The translations under genes were made by a program, and so were the position numbers. This document shows, in pieces, positions 13,220 through 25,689 of a stretch of 55,449 nt of DNA. Position 1 is the first letter of the stretch, and every line of letters begins with the position of its first letter. Source of the DNA: Octopus sinensis (taxonomy: Eukaryota). The stretch lies in the NCBI RefSeq assembly GCF_006345805.1, contig NW_021834379.1, forward strand, positions 1-55,449, given 5' to 3'. The notes beneath the pieces are model-generated. The model did not search any database and had not been told where the DNA came from. It saw only the letters and a program-made list of their open reading frames with translations.

Positions 13220-13261
13220 ATAAATCTGATGATTGCGTAAGGGATGAAAGTACTAGTTTAT
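13220..13261 (+). ncRNA. Degenerate minimal hammerhead-like motif in an ~85-bp island within (TA)n
   Basis: ATAAAT-CTGATGA-ttgc(gtaa)ggga-t-GAAA-GTAC-TA-GTTTAT; stem I pairs, palindromic stem III AGTACT, stem II damaged. Confidence 0.45.
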
Positions 13262-13280
13262 TTCAATATCGTGAAAATGT

Positions 13281-13311
<31 letters not shown>

Positions 13312-13339
13312 TATATATATATTATATATAAATTCTATA

Positions 13340-13500
13340 TTATAAATTCTGAATTTTCAAAGTAGGATCGCTCCAGCCACTTTGTGAAGGACCCCCATGG
13401 AAGTCCTCCAAAGTGAAAGTGTCCACAATCCTTGACACTGCCTCCGTCATCTTCAAAAACCGCTGTTCCTGAAGATTTCCTTCAGCTTGGGAAACAATCA
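13340..13500 (-). mobile_element. Mariner transposase C-terminal fragment
   Basis: Minus-strand LFPKLKEIFR / MTEAVSRIVDTFTLEDFHGVLHK / WLER, typical of the region after the mariner YSPDLAP-D motif; frameshifted. Confidence 0.7.
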
Positions 13501-13515
13501 ATATTTATTGAGAAC

Positions 13516-13732
13516 AGGGCGGCGAGCTGACAGAATCGTTAGCACGCCGGGCGAAGTGCTTAGCGGTATTTCATCTGCCGTTACGTTCTGAGTTCAAACT
13601 CCGCCGAGGTCGACTTTGCCTTTCGTCTTTTGGGGGTCGATTAACTAAATACCAGTTAAGCACTGGAATCGATATAATCAACATTGTTTGTCCCCTCTAT
13701 GTTTAGCCCCCTGTGGTCAACAAAGAAATAAA
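13516..13732 (+). mobile_element. tRNA SINE, family 2, full length
   Basis: ggcggcgagctgacagaatcgttagc...gagttcaaactccgccgaggtcgactttgcc...aaagaaata. Confidence 0.85.
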
Positions 13733-14015
13733 TATTTACAGAGTACAAGGCCTCGACTTAAGGGATAGTTTGATGGTCTTCCATCCCTCTACTTTGCATA
13801 CATCTCATCGTTTCTCACCCCTTCTCTACCGTTTTAGAACCTCTTGTTTGGGCTATCTTATATCTGCTTATTTGGCTCTGTTTTCTCTATCTACCAATTA
13901 ATTTTCTACTCTCTCTCTCTCATTTTTTTTACTATTTCTCAAACCCTCGTTGCTGTCCATATGTCTGTCTCTTTATATGTGCATGTATATGTATATATGT
14001 ATATCTATATCTATC

Positions 14016-14061
<46 letters not shown>

Positions 14062-14062
14062 A

Positions 14063-14093
<31 letters not shown>

Positions 14094-14094
14094 A

Positions 14095-14131
<37 letters not shown>

Positions 14132-14132
<1 letters not shown>

Positions 14133-14314
14133 TTTTCATTTCTCTTTTCTTTTGTTCCTTTTCCTTTTTTTTTCCTTTTACGATCCCTTTTGATCGAAAA
14201 CCTACGCCACTTTTTTTTCCTTTGTCTTTTGGGTTTTTTCATCCCCCAAAAGAAAAGCTCTACCTTGTAACTTGTCCCAACTGTGTGCAGCCCTGTGTGG
14301 CCAATAAAGAAACT
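14132..14314 (+). mobile_element. Tx1-type LINE 3'-UTR-only copy (A) between (TATC)n tracts
   Basis: Homologous to the 3' end of 14389-17159; ends AATAAAGAAAC then (TATC)n. Confidence 0.8.
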
Positions 14315-14388
<74 letters not shown>

Positions 14389-17159
14389 GAGCTAGGATGC
14401 GTGCTCTAAGGAACGAAGGTGTTGGAGCCGCGAGAGAGGCCCGGGTGGCAGAGGCGCAACAGGGCAACAAAGCCACCATTCGGTCACTGGTAGATGAACA
14501 GGGGCGCGAATTGCTCGAGCCAAGTAAAATGTGTGAGGCCTTTCAGCAGCATTTTGCCCCCCGACGTTCGGAACGAGTGGAGGGCAAGAACGTAGGGTGG
14601 ACTTCAGTGCCTACCTACATAGCCTACCACGACTCGACAAGAAGGGCAGGGGCTGCGAAGGTGCCATCACGGCGGCGGAAGTGCGGGAAGCGATGGCAGA
14701 ATGCTCGGGGACAAATCACCGGTTTGGATGGTCTGCCCTACGAGCTTTACAATTGTATGCCAGACTTGTTTGGAGATCTCTTGGCGGCGGTTGTACTGCA
14801 ACTGGCAGCAAAACGGGAGCATTCCTGGTTTGTGAGCCGAGGAGCCGTAACACTGCTGAAGAAAGATCCAAACAAGGAAATGTAATAGATAACTTTAGGC
14901 CATCACTCTGCTTAATGCAGACTTGAAATTTTGGCCAAGGTGCTAGCCAAGAGGTTGGCGCTTGTCATCGAGAAACTGGTCGACAAGGCGCAAACATGCG
15001 CCGTGCCAGGCCGGACCATCCATGACAACCTCCATCTGATGCGCTACCTCATAGACAGGGTAGTTAACGAACCTGGCATGGGTGGGGCCCTGATCAACTT
15101 GGATCAATCGAAAGCCTTTGATAGGGTAGACCATCGATACTTGGAGGCAGTCCTGAGAGCGGCTGGTTTCGGTCCCGTCTTCCGCGGCTGGATAGCTGCC
15201 TGTACAGAGGCATCCGTTCGGTTATTCGCGTAAATGGACATCTATCGAGACCTTTCGACATTGCACGTTCGGTCCGTCAGGATGCCCCCTCTCGGCGCTT
15301 CTATACGTATTGACTCTGAGCCACTACTGCGGAAGCTGGCGACTCTAAGGGGCATCCCGCGAGAATTGGGATGCGGGACGAGCGTGTCTGCATACGCGGA
15401 CGACGTCACCGTCATAGTGTCTAGCCACGAGCACATCGAGCTGGTCGGCGAGACACTGAAAAACTACGAAGCGGTGAAGCGGTGACAGGAGCGAAAATCA
15501 ACCGGGAAAAGTCAGTGGGCTTGCGACTAGCACCTGGAGAAGCAAGCCCATGCCGTCCACCAGCGCCTCCGTCGTGGGACGCTGGACCGACGGCCCGGTT
15601 GAGTTGCTCGGGGTCTGGTTCGGTCCGGACCTCCAAGTGGAGAAGAACTGGAACGAGATAACGAGTAGGGTGGTCACTCTCGCCGGCAATGGGCCGAGGG
15701 AAACTGTCCCTAAAAGGTCGAGCGGAGGTGGCGAACACGTACATCGCGTCCGTCATCTACTACCGCCTGACCCGTGTACCTTGTCCCGACCCTACCATCA
15801 CCAAACTACAACGCATCCTCTCTCGCTTCTTGTGGAAAGGTGCGTCCCGATGGTCAGGCGATCCATTTGCTGTCAACACCCGTTAAAAGGAGGGCTGGGC
15901 ATGCCGTGGTTGATGATGCGCAGAACGCGCTGAGACTGCGACATCTCTGGCTCTATGTAGACGACGGTGAACAGGTGTGGTCGCCGTTTGTGAGGCACGC
16001 TTTCCCGCAGCTCGTCTCCATGACCGAACTGCAGTCGTGGATCAAAAAGAGGCCGAGGAAGGGCGAATGGCACCGCGAGTGTCGCGTTGCTCTCAAGCAA
16101 CTCTGCCGCCTGGGTCGACCTGAGTGACTTCAACACAACAAAGCATTCTATAGGGGTTAGTGGAGGGGAGGTACGACGACGAGCTCGGGGGCGAACCTGG
16201 ACGTCGACGAGGAGTACCTGACCGCCTGTTCGGGACGACTTTCGGGCCAGGGCCATGGACAACTTCCAGAGATCCCTGGCCTGGCAGTGCTACCGAGAAG
16301 CGCTACCCGTTCGGGATAAGCTCTACAGACACGGCTCGAGAAACACGGGGCCGACCTGCCCGAGATGCGGTCAGAGCGACGAAACCGTTCTGCACGCCTC
16401 GTTCAGTGTCCAACAATTCCGACCTGTGGGCTTATGTCGAACAACTGCTGTCACGTGTGGGACGAGTCGGTTTATCAGCTGAGTCTATCGTCAATATTGT
16501 CACGCCTCCTTCCTTCAAACGGGAGGGAAGAGCTATTTTCATCATCCTTGTGGCTATGCGAAAGAATGTATCTGGTGGACGCGTCTGAAAGGATTGGAGA
16601 CAAACACTTTCCTCTCTGGTCAATCTCTCATAACTTCTTCAAGTACACTTGAAAAGGAAAGTGAGAGTAGAGAGGCAAGTTTGTCTAGCGAATGTTTTAA
16701 AAAGATGGGTGAATGTAGCAAGAATGGCACGTATGAATGACGAAGCCACCTTGAGCATAGTCCTATGAACCCAGAAATCGAAACAGAAAGTTGCTTATTT
16801 GCAAAAAAAAAAAAAAAAAAAAAGAAATATAAAATGTGATTCATTGACCGAGGTTACCGTGGTCTTTCTGTAGGCTTTTTCTTTCCACGGGTAAACCTCA
16901 CCTGTCCTCCCCTTTACACTTCATTGACATTTCTGTGATAACGATCCCTATTGATCAATTTTTTTTTCCTCTCCCCCTTTTTTTTTTTTTTTTTTTAAAC
17001 ACCCCCCTTTTTTTTGTCCTCTTTCTCTCCTTTTACGATCCCTTTGATCGAAACTCCCCCTTCCTTTTTTTTTTATTTTTATTTTTAAACCTTCAAAAGA
17101 AAAGCTCTACCTGTAATTTGTTCTATCTGTGTGCAGCCTGTGTGCTAATTAAAGAAACA
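14389..17159 (+). mobile_element. Tx1/L1-clade non-LTR retrotransposon, 5'-truncated (RT, CCHC knuckle, ~390-bp 3'UTR)
   Basis: GLDGLPYELY, LINLDQSKAFDRVDH, SAYADDVTVIVSS, CPRCGQSDETVLHA; ORF2 ends ~16768 (...TLSIVL*); (TATC) on both sides. Confidence 0.92.
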
Positions 17160-17169
17160 TATCTATCTA

Positions 17170-17458
<289 letters not shown>

Positions 17459-17731
17459 CATAAGTAATCTGGAGAATCTCATAAGTTTCTGTAACGTATT
17501 TGTCCAGTTTTGAACAAAAATATATTACATAGCATGCATTCTGCAAACAAGTCAGCTGTGTGGCAACCCGTGTTCAAAGTACCCTTACAGCCATCTCCTT
17601 CAATCTGGAATAACAAAAGTTGGCAGGTCAGCTTATTGGATGTTGAGCAGTGATATAGTAAAATAGCAATAAGCTAGCACAACTATAAATGTTTCTGCGA
17701 TAAAAAGTCTCAAAACCACTGGAATGCCCCT

Positions 17732-17762
<31 letters not shown>

Positions 17763-17904
17763 CGTGTGTGTGTGTGTGTGCATAACTACATAGTCGGACA
17801 TACATTCATACATACATTCATTCATACATACATACATACATACATACATACATACATACATACATACATACATACATAGGCTTCTCAAAACCGGAAAGGG
17901 GAAA

Positions 17905-18358
17905 GCTAATTCGAAGACTACAGATCCAAGACATCATTGGAACTATGAAGATCTGTAAAACTTACCAGAAGTTTTTCATTTAAGTATATTGGAGCATGTC
18001 TAGAAATGCAAGTATATGCATGAGAAGACATGCACAAAACAAAATTTACAAATCTGCACATATACATACATACATACATACATACATACATACATACATA
18101 CATACATACATACATGCATACATACATACATACAAACATACATACAATCGCCATGTTGAATCGCTAGCTTCTGCACGCATTTTTTTCTCTCTCCTTGTTT
18201 CTCTCCGTGTTTCTTTTCTGTGTATCTTTCTGTTGAAGAGCGTAGGCTCGAAACGTAAAAGACTTGTTTTATTTATATTCCTGAGCGCCATACTAATACA
18301 ATTGTTTGTTTGTACTCCACCTGCCTTCGTCTTTTGTTTATTTTCATAAAGCTTCCCG

Positions 18359-18389
<31 letters not shown>

Positions 18390-18575
18390 CATACATACAT
18401 ACATACATACATACATACATACATACATACATACATGCGTACGTACATACATACATACACACATGCAAAAATACCCTGTTGGTGTTGTTGAAATTCCAGT
18501 GAAGGAGCCTTGGATCTAGGCTAGAAACTGTCTCTCTATCTGAAAAAAATCTTGAAATAAAACTGAATAATGACA
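17905..18575 (+). mobile_element. Unclassified (ACAT)n-associated modular repeat: module A (17905-18060) and module B (18467-18575)
   Basis: Both modules recur at 47.7 kb and in the 52.4-54.5 kb array. Confidence 0.7.
18225..18262 (+). ncRNA. Minimal type-I hammerhead-like motif (A6T variant), same repeat family as 12963 (host ~18150-18360)
   Basis: TCTTT-CTGTTGA-A-GAGC(GTAG)GCTC-GAAAC-GTA-AAAGA. Confidence 0.55.
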
Positions 18576-18659
18576 CACACGTATACATACATACATACAT
18601 ACATACATACATACATACATACATACATACATTCATACATACATACATACATACATACA

Positions 18660-18988
18660 TAGGAGCACTTCGTCGGTTGCGACGACGAGGGTCCCAGCTG
18701 ATACGATCAACGGAATAGCTTGCTCGTGAAATTAACGTGCAAGTGGCTGAGCACTCCACAAACACGTGTACCCTTAACGTTGTTCTCGGAGAGATTCAGC
18801 GTGACACAGAGTGTGACAAGGCTGACCCTTTGAAATGAAGTTACTACTCATTTTTGCCAGCTGAGTGGACTGGAGCAACGTGAAAAAAAGTGTAAAGGCG
18901 CGTGGTTTAGTGGTTAGGAGCATTCGGCTCATGATCGTAAGGTCGTGAGTTCAATCCCCGGCGGCGCGTTGCGTCCTTCAGCAAGACA
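18660..18988. mobile_element. SINE family 3 with inverted head: body 18660-18893 (-), head 18894-18988 (+)
   Basis: Intact copy at 36512-36812 shows the head ...agcaaga joined directly to the body; here the two parts are in opposite orientation within (ACAT)n. Confidence 0.75.
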
Positions 18989-19074
18989 TAAATACATACA
19001 TACATACATACATACATACTACATACATACATACATACATACATACATAATATGTATAGAAATTAAATATGAAA

Positions 19075-19345
19075 TATAAATTACAAAGTGGGACAAGAAC
19101 GCAAACACACACAAAGAGACGACACAAAAAAACAGACGGGTCACCCGAAGCCTCTAATCTTCAGTCGGGAACCGGATCATCTTAGTAATTTCGGCTGTTT
19201 AATCTCGATATTACTCCGACCCGGCCAGCCCCAAGGAAAAACCAAGCCACAGGCATTGGATTTCTTGGAAAGAGGATCGAATGTATACGAAACAAAGACA
19301 GGATGCCACACGAATATAAATACAAGAAACAAAAATAGAAATAAA
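19075..19345 (-). mobile_element. ~280-bp structured repeat (probable PLE-type terminal repeat), homologous to 51228-51512
   Basis: Colinear blocks tatacattcga / ccttgg..gctggcc / cggagYaat...cagccgaaattRctaagatgatcYggttc...gactgaWga / cccgtc / tgtgtcgtctct. Confidence 0.8.
19149..19215 (-). ncRNA. Candidate non-circularly permuted hammerhead ribozyme (copy 2)
   Basis: AGTAAT-A-TCGAGA ... AGCC-GAAA-TTACT ... TCCCGA-CTGAAGA-ttaga-GGCT. Confidence 0.55.
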
Positions 19346-19434
19346 AAACAGAAATAAAAAACACGAATGGTGGACAGTACTTACGACTTTAGACAATTTT
19401 TAACTTATCTTGGCTGCATACATACATACATACA

Positions 19435-19468
<34 letters not shown>

Positions 19469-19539
19469 CATACATACATACATACATACATACATACACA
19501 CACATACATACATACATACATATTATCCATTCAGTAGTT

Positions 19540-20110
19540 GATATCGTCACGATGTTGGTATCGACTACAACTTTGAAGTTCTGAGCTTTAAAAAATAAGA
19601 ACAATAAACCTCCGCCAGAGTTTATTGCTTACGTCGCCGTGTAAGCTAACTAACGTTTTGCTGGTGGACTACGTTCGGCCGCGTAACGTTAAAACGCGGC
19701 ATCACATCTAGTGACCGAGATGTTAAACAAAGGCTGTGGCCAGGTCTTAACCACAAACCACATCTACGCAATCATTTTTGCCGTGCATCGACCGGCCATC
19801 CTCTCGCCTTCCTTCCTTCTCCCTGCCTCCTTTCGTCCACTAACACCATTATTACCACCCCACCGCCACCACCACCATCATTGATGACTGGGTCATTAAC
19901 CTGAGTAGTGATAAACAGAAATAATGGTTACGAGTCAGTATTCTGTCGTCGTTTTTTTTTTTTTATATTTCATTATTATATTCTCAGTGTCCGTTCGTTT
20001 AAACGTCTTGCATGTTACAGTATCATGAAATATGAATTCAATATGGCGGCTAGCGGTAACGCTCCGGCAGTAGTGGCTGGTGGTAGCTTTGTGATGGCGT
20101 TTGTTGTGTA
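19540..20110. promoter_or_regulatory. CpG-rich promoter/enhancer-like island
   Basis: Unique CpG-dense DNA; ACTACAA 19564-19570; tandem AACCACA-AACCACA 19749-19762; ATATGGCGGC 20041-20050. Confidence 0.35.
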
Positions 20111-20403
20111 ATTGTGGCTTTTGTGTGTGAGTTGTTGCCGTTGAATTATTGTTATTCTTAGCGGTGGTGGTGGTGGGGGAGTGTAATGATTACGAGTATT
20201 ACGACTGGTAATAATAATTGTGGAGTGATTGTTGGGATTAATATTATGTGCAGTGTAGATGAGGTGATGGGGGTTATTAAAAGCTGTGTGAAAAGGGGGA
20301 AAAGGAACAGGAGCATCTGTGAGTCAGTGACTCCGAAAAGGAGAATGTGTGAAGGGGGGCACATGATAGATATAGGTATCATAAACATATATGATATATA
20401 TAT

Positions 20404-20434
<31 letters not shown>

Positions 20435-20435
20435 T

Positions 20436-20473
<38 letters not shown>

Positions 20474-20526
20474 CAGACAGACTGACAGACAGACAGACAG
20501 ACAGACAGATAGATAGACAGACAGAC

Positions 20527-20631
<105 letters not shown>

Positions 20632-20959
20632 TAGATATATACATATACATGCATATATAAAGAAATAGACAGATAGGCAGCAACGATGTTTTGAGAAATA
20701 GTAAAAAAAGGAGAGAGAGAGGCGGGGAGAGTAAAATTAATTGGTAAATAGGGAAAATAGAACCGAATAAACAGATAGAAGATAGACTAAAACAGAGACT
20801 ATTTTCTTCAAATATATACCCCTTTAATATCTTCAGTCATTCGACTTTATGTATGTATGTATGTATACATGTATGCGTGTATATATGTTTATATGAATGT
20901 ATGTATATGTGTGTGTACACGTGTGTGTGTGTTTGTATGTATGTGTGTATGTATATATA

Positions 20960-20992
<33 letters not shown>

Positions 20993-21765
20993 GTATGCAT
21001 ACAGAACGGTTCTACCAAAAACGTTGGCATTAGTCGTCTATATTGCTCGTGTTGGTTGAGTATCTCTTCATTTATTCGAGGTTTCTACTCAACATAGTCT
21101 TCATCACAAGTGATATGTTTCTGTCCTCGTTGAACCCAATTACCAAATTCTCTTTGAAAAATCTTCAGGTGTGCATGATTTTACTCACTTCTTGACACCT
21201 ACTTTTACCTGGTTAGTACCATTAAATAATTGTCCCCGAAAGCTGCCCTGAACAAAGTGCTTGGGAATTTGATTGTCTGCTAATTACTATCGAATGTATC
21301 CTAGAAATTTGATAGGGATTATCCTGCTGTTTCTAACAATTCAGTTAACATGTAAAGAATCCTTAATTGGAGCCTGTCATGTTCAGGTCTTGTATAGCCC
21401 CGGGTCAGCCCTGACTGAGCAGATATGGGATCAAAATACCCCCACTCCGTCACTATATATTTCATTCTATTATAAACTGCTCTTCACTAAAACGACATGT
21501 CATTAGAAGCACCTAACGGTTTCCGCATTCGCCTACTGCTCAATCGTGCAGTTTGTCTTAGAGACGAGACACTTTGATTCATCAAAGATATTTGAACAAC
21601 CATGTCACCACACTTGAGCTTCAAGGCATCAAACATTACGTAAGCTGTTCAGGATTAAATAAGAATTGTTTGTATTACTGTGCAATGTTACAGATACAAA
21701 TACCATAATAACACCGAACGATCTACAGCTCATAACGAAATTGATACAAATCTCTTTAGTAACAA

Positions 21766-21859
<94 letters not shown>

Positions 21860-21861
21860 TG

Positions 21862-22225
21862 TTATTATTATTATGGTTCAGGGTTCAGTCCCACTGCGTG
21901 GCACCTTGGGCAAGTGTCTTCTACTATAGCCTCGGGCCGACCAATGCCTGTGAGTGGATTTGGTTGACGGAAACTGAAAGCAGCCCGTCGTATGTATGTA
22001 TATGTATATGTATATATGTGTGTCTGTCTTTGTTCCCACCCCAACATCGCTTGATAACCGATGGTGGTATGTTTACGTCCCCGTAACTTAGCGGTTCGGC
22101 AAAAAGAAACCGATAGAATAAGTATTTGGCTTACGAATAATAAGTCCTGAGGTCGATCTCCTCGACTAAAGGCGGTGTTCGAGCATGGCCGCAGTCTAAT
22201 GACTGAAACAAGTAAAAGAGTAAAA
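21862..22225 (+). mobile_element. CORE-type SINE, family 1, 5'-truncated, after (AAT)n
   Basis: Colinear with 34600-35040. Confidence 0.85.
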
Positions 22226-22227
22226 AA

Positions 22228-22305
22228 AGAGTAATTGTTACGTCCGGTCTATAATTCTCTAACTTGTTGTCGGTTTGAATAGGAAAGTCCCACAAAATCG
22301 TACAT
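22228..22305 (-). mobile_element. R4/Dong-type RLE fragment
   Basis: CTILWDFPIQTDNKLENYRPDVTI, same motif as the 49.7-kb copy; sandwiched between SINEs. Confidence 0.65.
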
Positions 22306-22508
22306 CTCTCCGAATCGTTAGCACCCCAGGAAGAATGCTTAGCGACCTTTCGTCCATCCTTACCTTTTGAGTTCACATTCTGCTATGGCCGATTTTGCCT
22401 TTCATCATTTTCGGGTCGATGAAATAGGCACCATTCAAACAAAAGGGTTGATGAACCCCACTTTTCTTCTCCCACCAAATTTCAGGCTTTGTACCTATAG
22501 TAGAAAAG

Positions 22509-22510
<2 letters not shown>
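22300..22510 (+). mobile_element. tRNA SINE, family 2, decayed, with (TTA)n tail
   Basis: gaatcgttagcacc...gagttcacattctgc...gattttgcctttcatcattttcgggtcgatgaaa. Confidence 0.7.
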
Positions 22511-22561
<51 letters not shown>

Positions 22562-22899
22562 TACTATTATTACTATGGTAAAAATGATGATATTAATGAC
22601 TGTAATAATAATAGTAATGGCGAACTCAGAGAAGCACGTTTTTACACATCTATAAATATTTCGTTTAAGATTCTGATTGGACAATAAAATATTATAAATT
22701 GGTATAATTTTTAGTAACCTCCTTACATGTGCATATATACACATATATCTGTGCGTATGCATGTGTATGCGTGTTTGCGATGCGACTGCATTTTTATATG
22801 CGTATATCTACGTATATATATATACTTATATAAGTAAAAAGTTATATACATGTAAATATATGTATGTATATATATATATTATATATATATATATTATAT

Positions 22900-22951
<52 letters not shown>

Positions 22952-23077
22952 TACATACATATATTTATATGTATATAACTTTTTACTTACATAAGTATAT
23001 ATATATAGAGAGAGATATAGATATAGATATAGATATATATGAATGTATGTATAAATATATACATAGACTTACATGTA

Positions 23078-23109
<32 letters not shown>

Positions 23110-23122
23110 GATACATTTATAT

Positions 23123-23164
<42 letters not shown>

Positions 23165-23194
23165 ATATATATCGATATATGTGTGTGTATATGT

Positions 23195-23243
<49 letters not shown>

Positions 23244-23246
23244 ATA

Positions 23247-23287
<41 letters not shown>

Positions 23288-23489
23288 TTGTGCCTGCACA
23301 GACAAAGACACACATTCACACTTACATACGTACAAAAGCTTGATAAAGAAATAGTACGAGGAGAAGGAAAGAGATTGAATGAGAAAGTGTGGAGAATGAG
23401 AAATCGTGGGTCATAACAGGAATGACGTGTAAAGAACGATGTCAGGCAAAATGTAAAATGTGTCAAACTGATCTGGAGAGAGAGGGAGA

Positions 23490-23520
<31 letters not shown>

Positions 23521-23533
23521 TGAGAGACACAGT

Positions 23534-23564
<31 letters not shown>

Positions 23565-23773
23565 TGACAAACAAACGGAGACAGCGGCAGAAAGAGGGAG
23601 AGAGAGAGAGAGGAGGGAGGGAGAGACAGACAGGAAGAGAAAGAGAATGAGAGGAGAGAGAATTGAATGCGGAGCAACAGATATGAAACGAAAGGGAGAA
23701 TGCGTGACGTTAGAACGACTTGCATGCGTGCGCGTGTGTTTTTATGTGCATGTGTGTATGTGTGTGTGTGTGT

Positions 23774-23813
<40 letters not shown>

Positions 23814-23929
23814 TGAGGCGAGAGAAGGAGAGTGAAGTGTACAGTGACAAATATTGGAAGAGACATAAAAAATCTTGTAATGAAATATTAACAGATCATC
23901 AATGATATTTTTTCTATTTATTTGTGTCT

Positions 23930-24360
23930 GTGTATGTATGTATGTATGTATGTATGTATGTATGTATGTATGTATGTATGTATGTATGTATGTATGTATC
24001 TATGTATGTGTGTGTATGTATGTATGTATGTATGGATGGATGTATGTATGTATGTATGATGTATGTATGTATGTATGTATGCATTATGTATGTATGTATG
24101 TATGTATGTATGTATGTATGTATCTATGTATGTATGTATGTATGTATGTATGTATGTATGTATGTATGTATGTATCTATGTATGTATGTATGTATGTATG
24201 TATGTATGTATGTATGCATTATGTATGTATGTATGTATGTATGTATGTATGTATGTATGTATGTATGTATCTATGTATCTATGTATGTATGTATGTATGT
24301 ATGTATGTATGTATGTATGTATGTATGTATCTATGTATGTGTGTGTATGTATGTATATAA
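23930..24360. repeat. (TATG)n, ~430 bp
   Basis: Directly visible. Confidence 0.95.
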
Positions 24361-24642
24361 GTATATGTGTATATGGGTGTGAGTTGGGGTGCAGAACACT
24401 GTATGCATACGAGGATAATGTCTATGTATATGTGTGTGTATGTGTGTATGTATGTGTATGGGGTGCGCGCTTTCGTCTTTATGTGTGACGCTTGTGTGCT
24501 TTGATGTATAAACTCACTCTATTTCTAAATGTGCACATAAATGTGTGTGAGTGTGTGTGCTTGCATGTGCTTGTGTAACTGGAAGGAGGTGCAACATGTG
24601 CATAAGTATATATGAGGGCATGCTTTCGTGGGATTAGTCTCA

Positions 24643-24696
<54 letters not shown>

Positions 24697-24799
24697 AAAT
24701 ACGGATAATCAGATAGATAGTTTTTCAGATAGCTTAATATATCTCAGTGTATCTATCTAGCTCTCTTTCTCAATTTGTCTCTCTCCTTATCTATCTATC

Positions 24800-24845
<46 letters not shown>

Positions 24846-25563
24846 CTCTGTATGTATGTATCTATATATGTATGCATGCATGTATGTATGTATGTATATA
24901 TGTATGTATGTATGGATGGATGTATGTATGTATGTATGTATGTATGTATGTATGTATGTATGTATGTACGTAAGTATGTATGTATAGCAAGATAAAGCAT
25001 CTTACGCGTATTTCATTAACTATGTAAAATATCAATTATATAGAGAAAAGCTGATAAGCCAATTTCACTGTCAAATCTTCAGACATTGCGTCATTTTCAT
25101 CAATATCTTTTGTATCTATACAGGACTGCCTACAGTGTTATTTGTATCGCCTACTACAGTGACTGTGTTAAATGGATTTAATGAATTAGCCTTTATAATT
25201 ACTGGAGAAAAATGAATATGTCACATCGTAGAAGTTAGAAAAGGGTTTCGGTTTTCAAATATAGATATTTTTAACAGAGCCTGTATAGATGCAAATATAT
25301 GTGTATATGTGTGTATATACACATATGTATATATTAATGTGTATATACACCTGCAAATGCATATATATACACTCACACACATATATATTCATATCTACCA
25401 GACTATGTATATATATGTATATATGTATTTATGTATGTATTTATATATTCATACATAGATTCATACATAGATAGATAGATACATACATACATACATACAT
25501 ACATACATACATACATACATACATACATACATACATACATACATACATACATACATACATACA

Positions 25564-25597
<34 letters not shown>

Positions 25598-25689
25598 CAT
25601 ACATACATACATATATACATACATGCATAGACCTGTTGTACCATATATTTATTGTATGCGTGGAAAAGTTTTACGCGACATCCCTTTGA

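Noticed and set aside
17575-17630. Possible short exons on either strand (cag|...|gtcagc on +; ttattccag|...|gtaagg on -)
   Set aside because: Signals conflict and there is no recognisable peptide.
22306-22376. N-terminal half of ORF 22131-22376
   Set aside because: Antisense SINE sequence; only the central ILWDFPIQTD..RPD part is LINE-derived.
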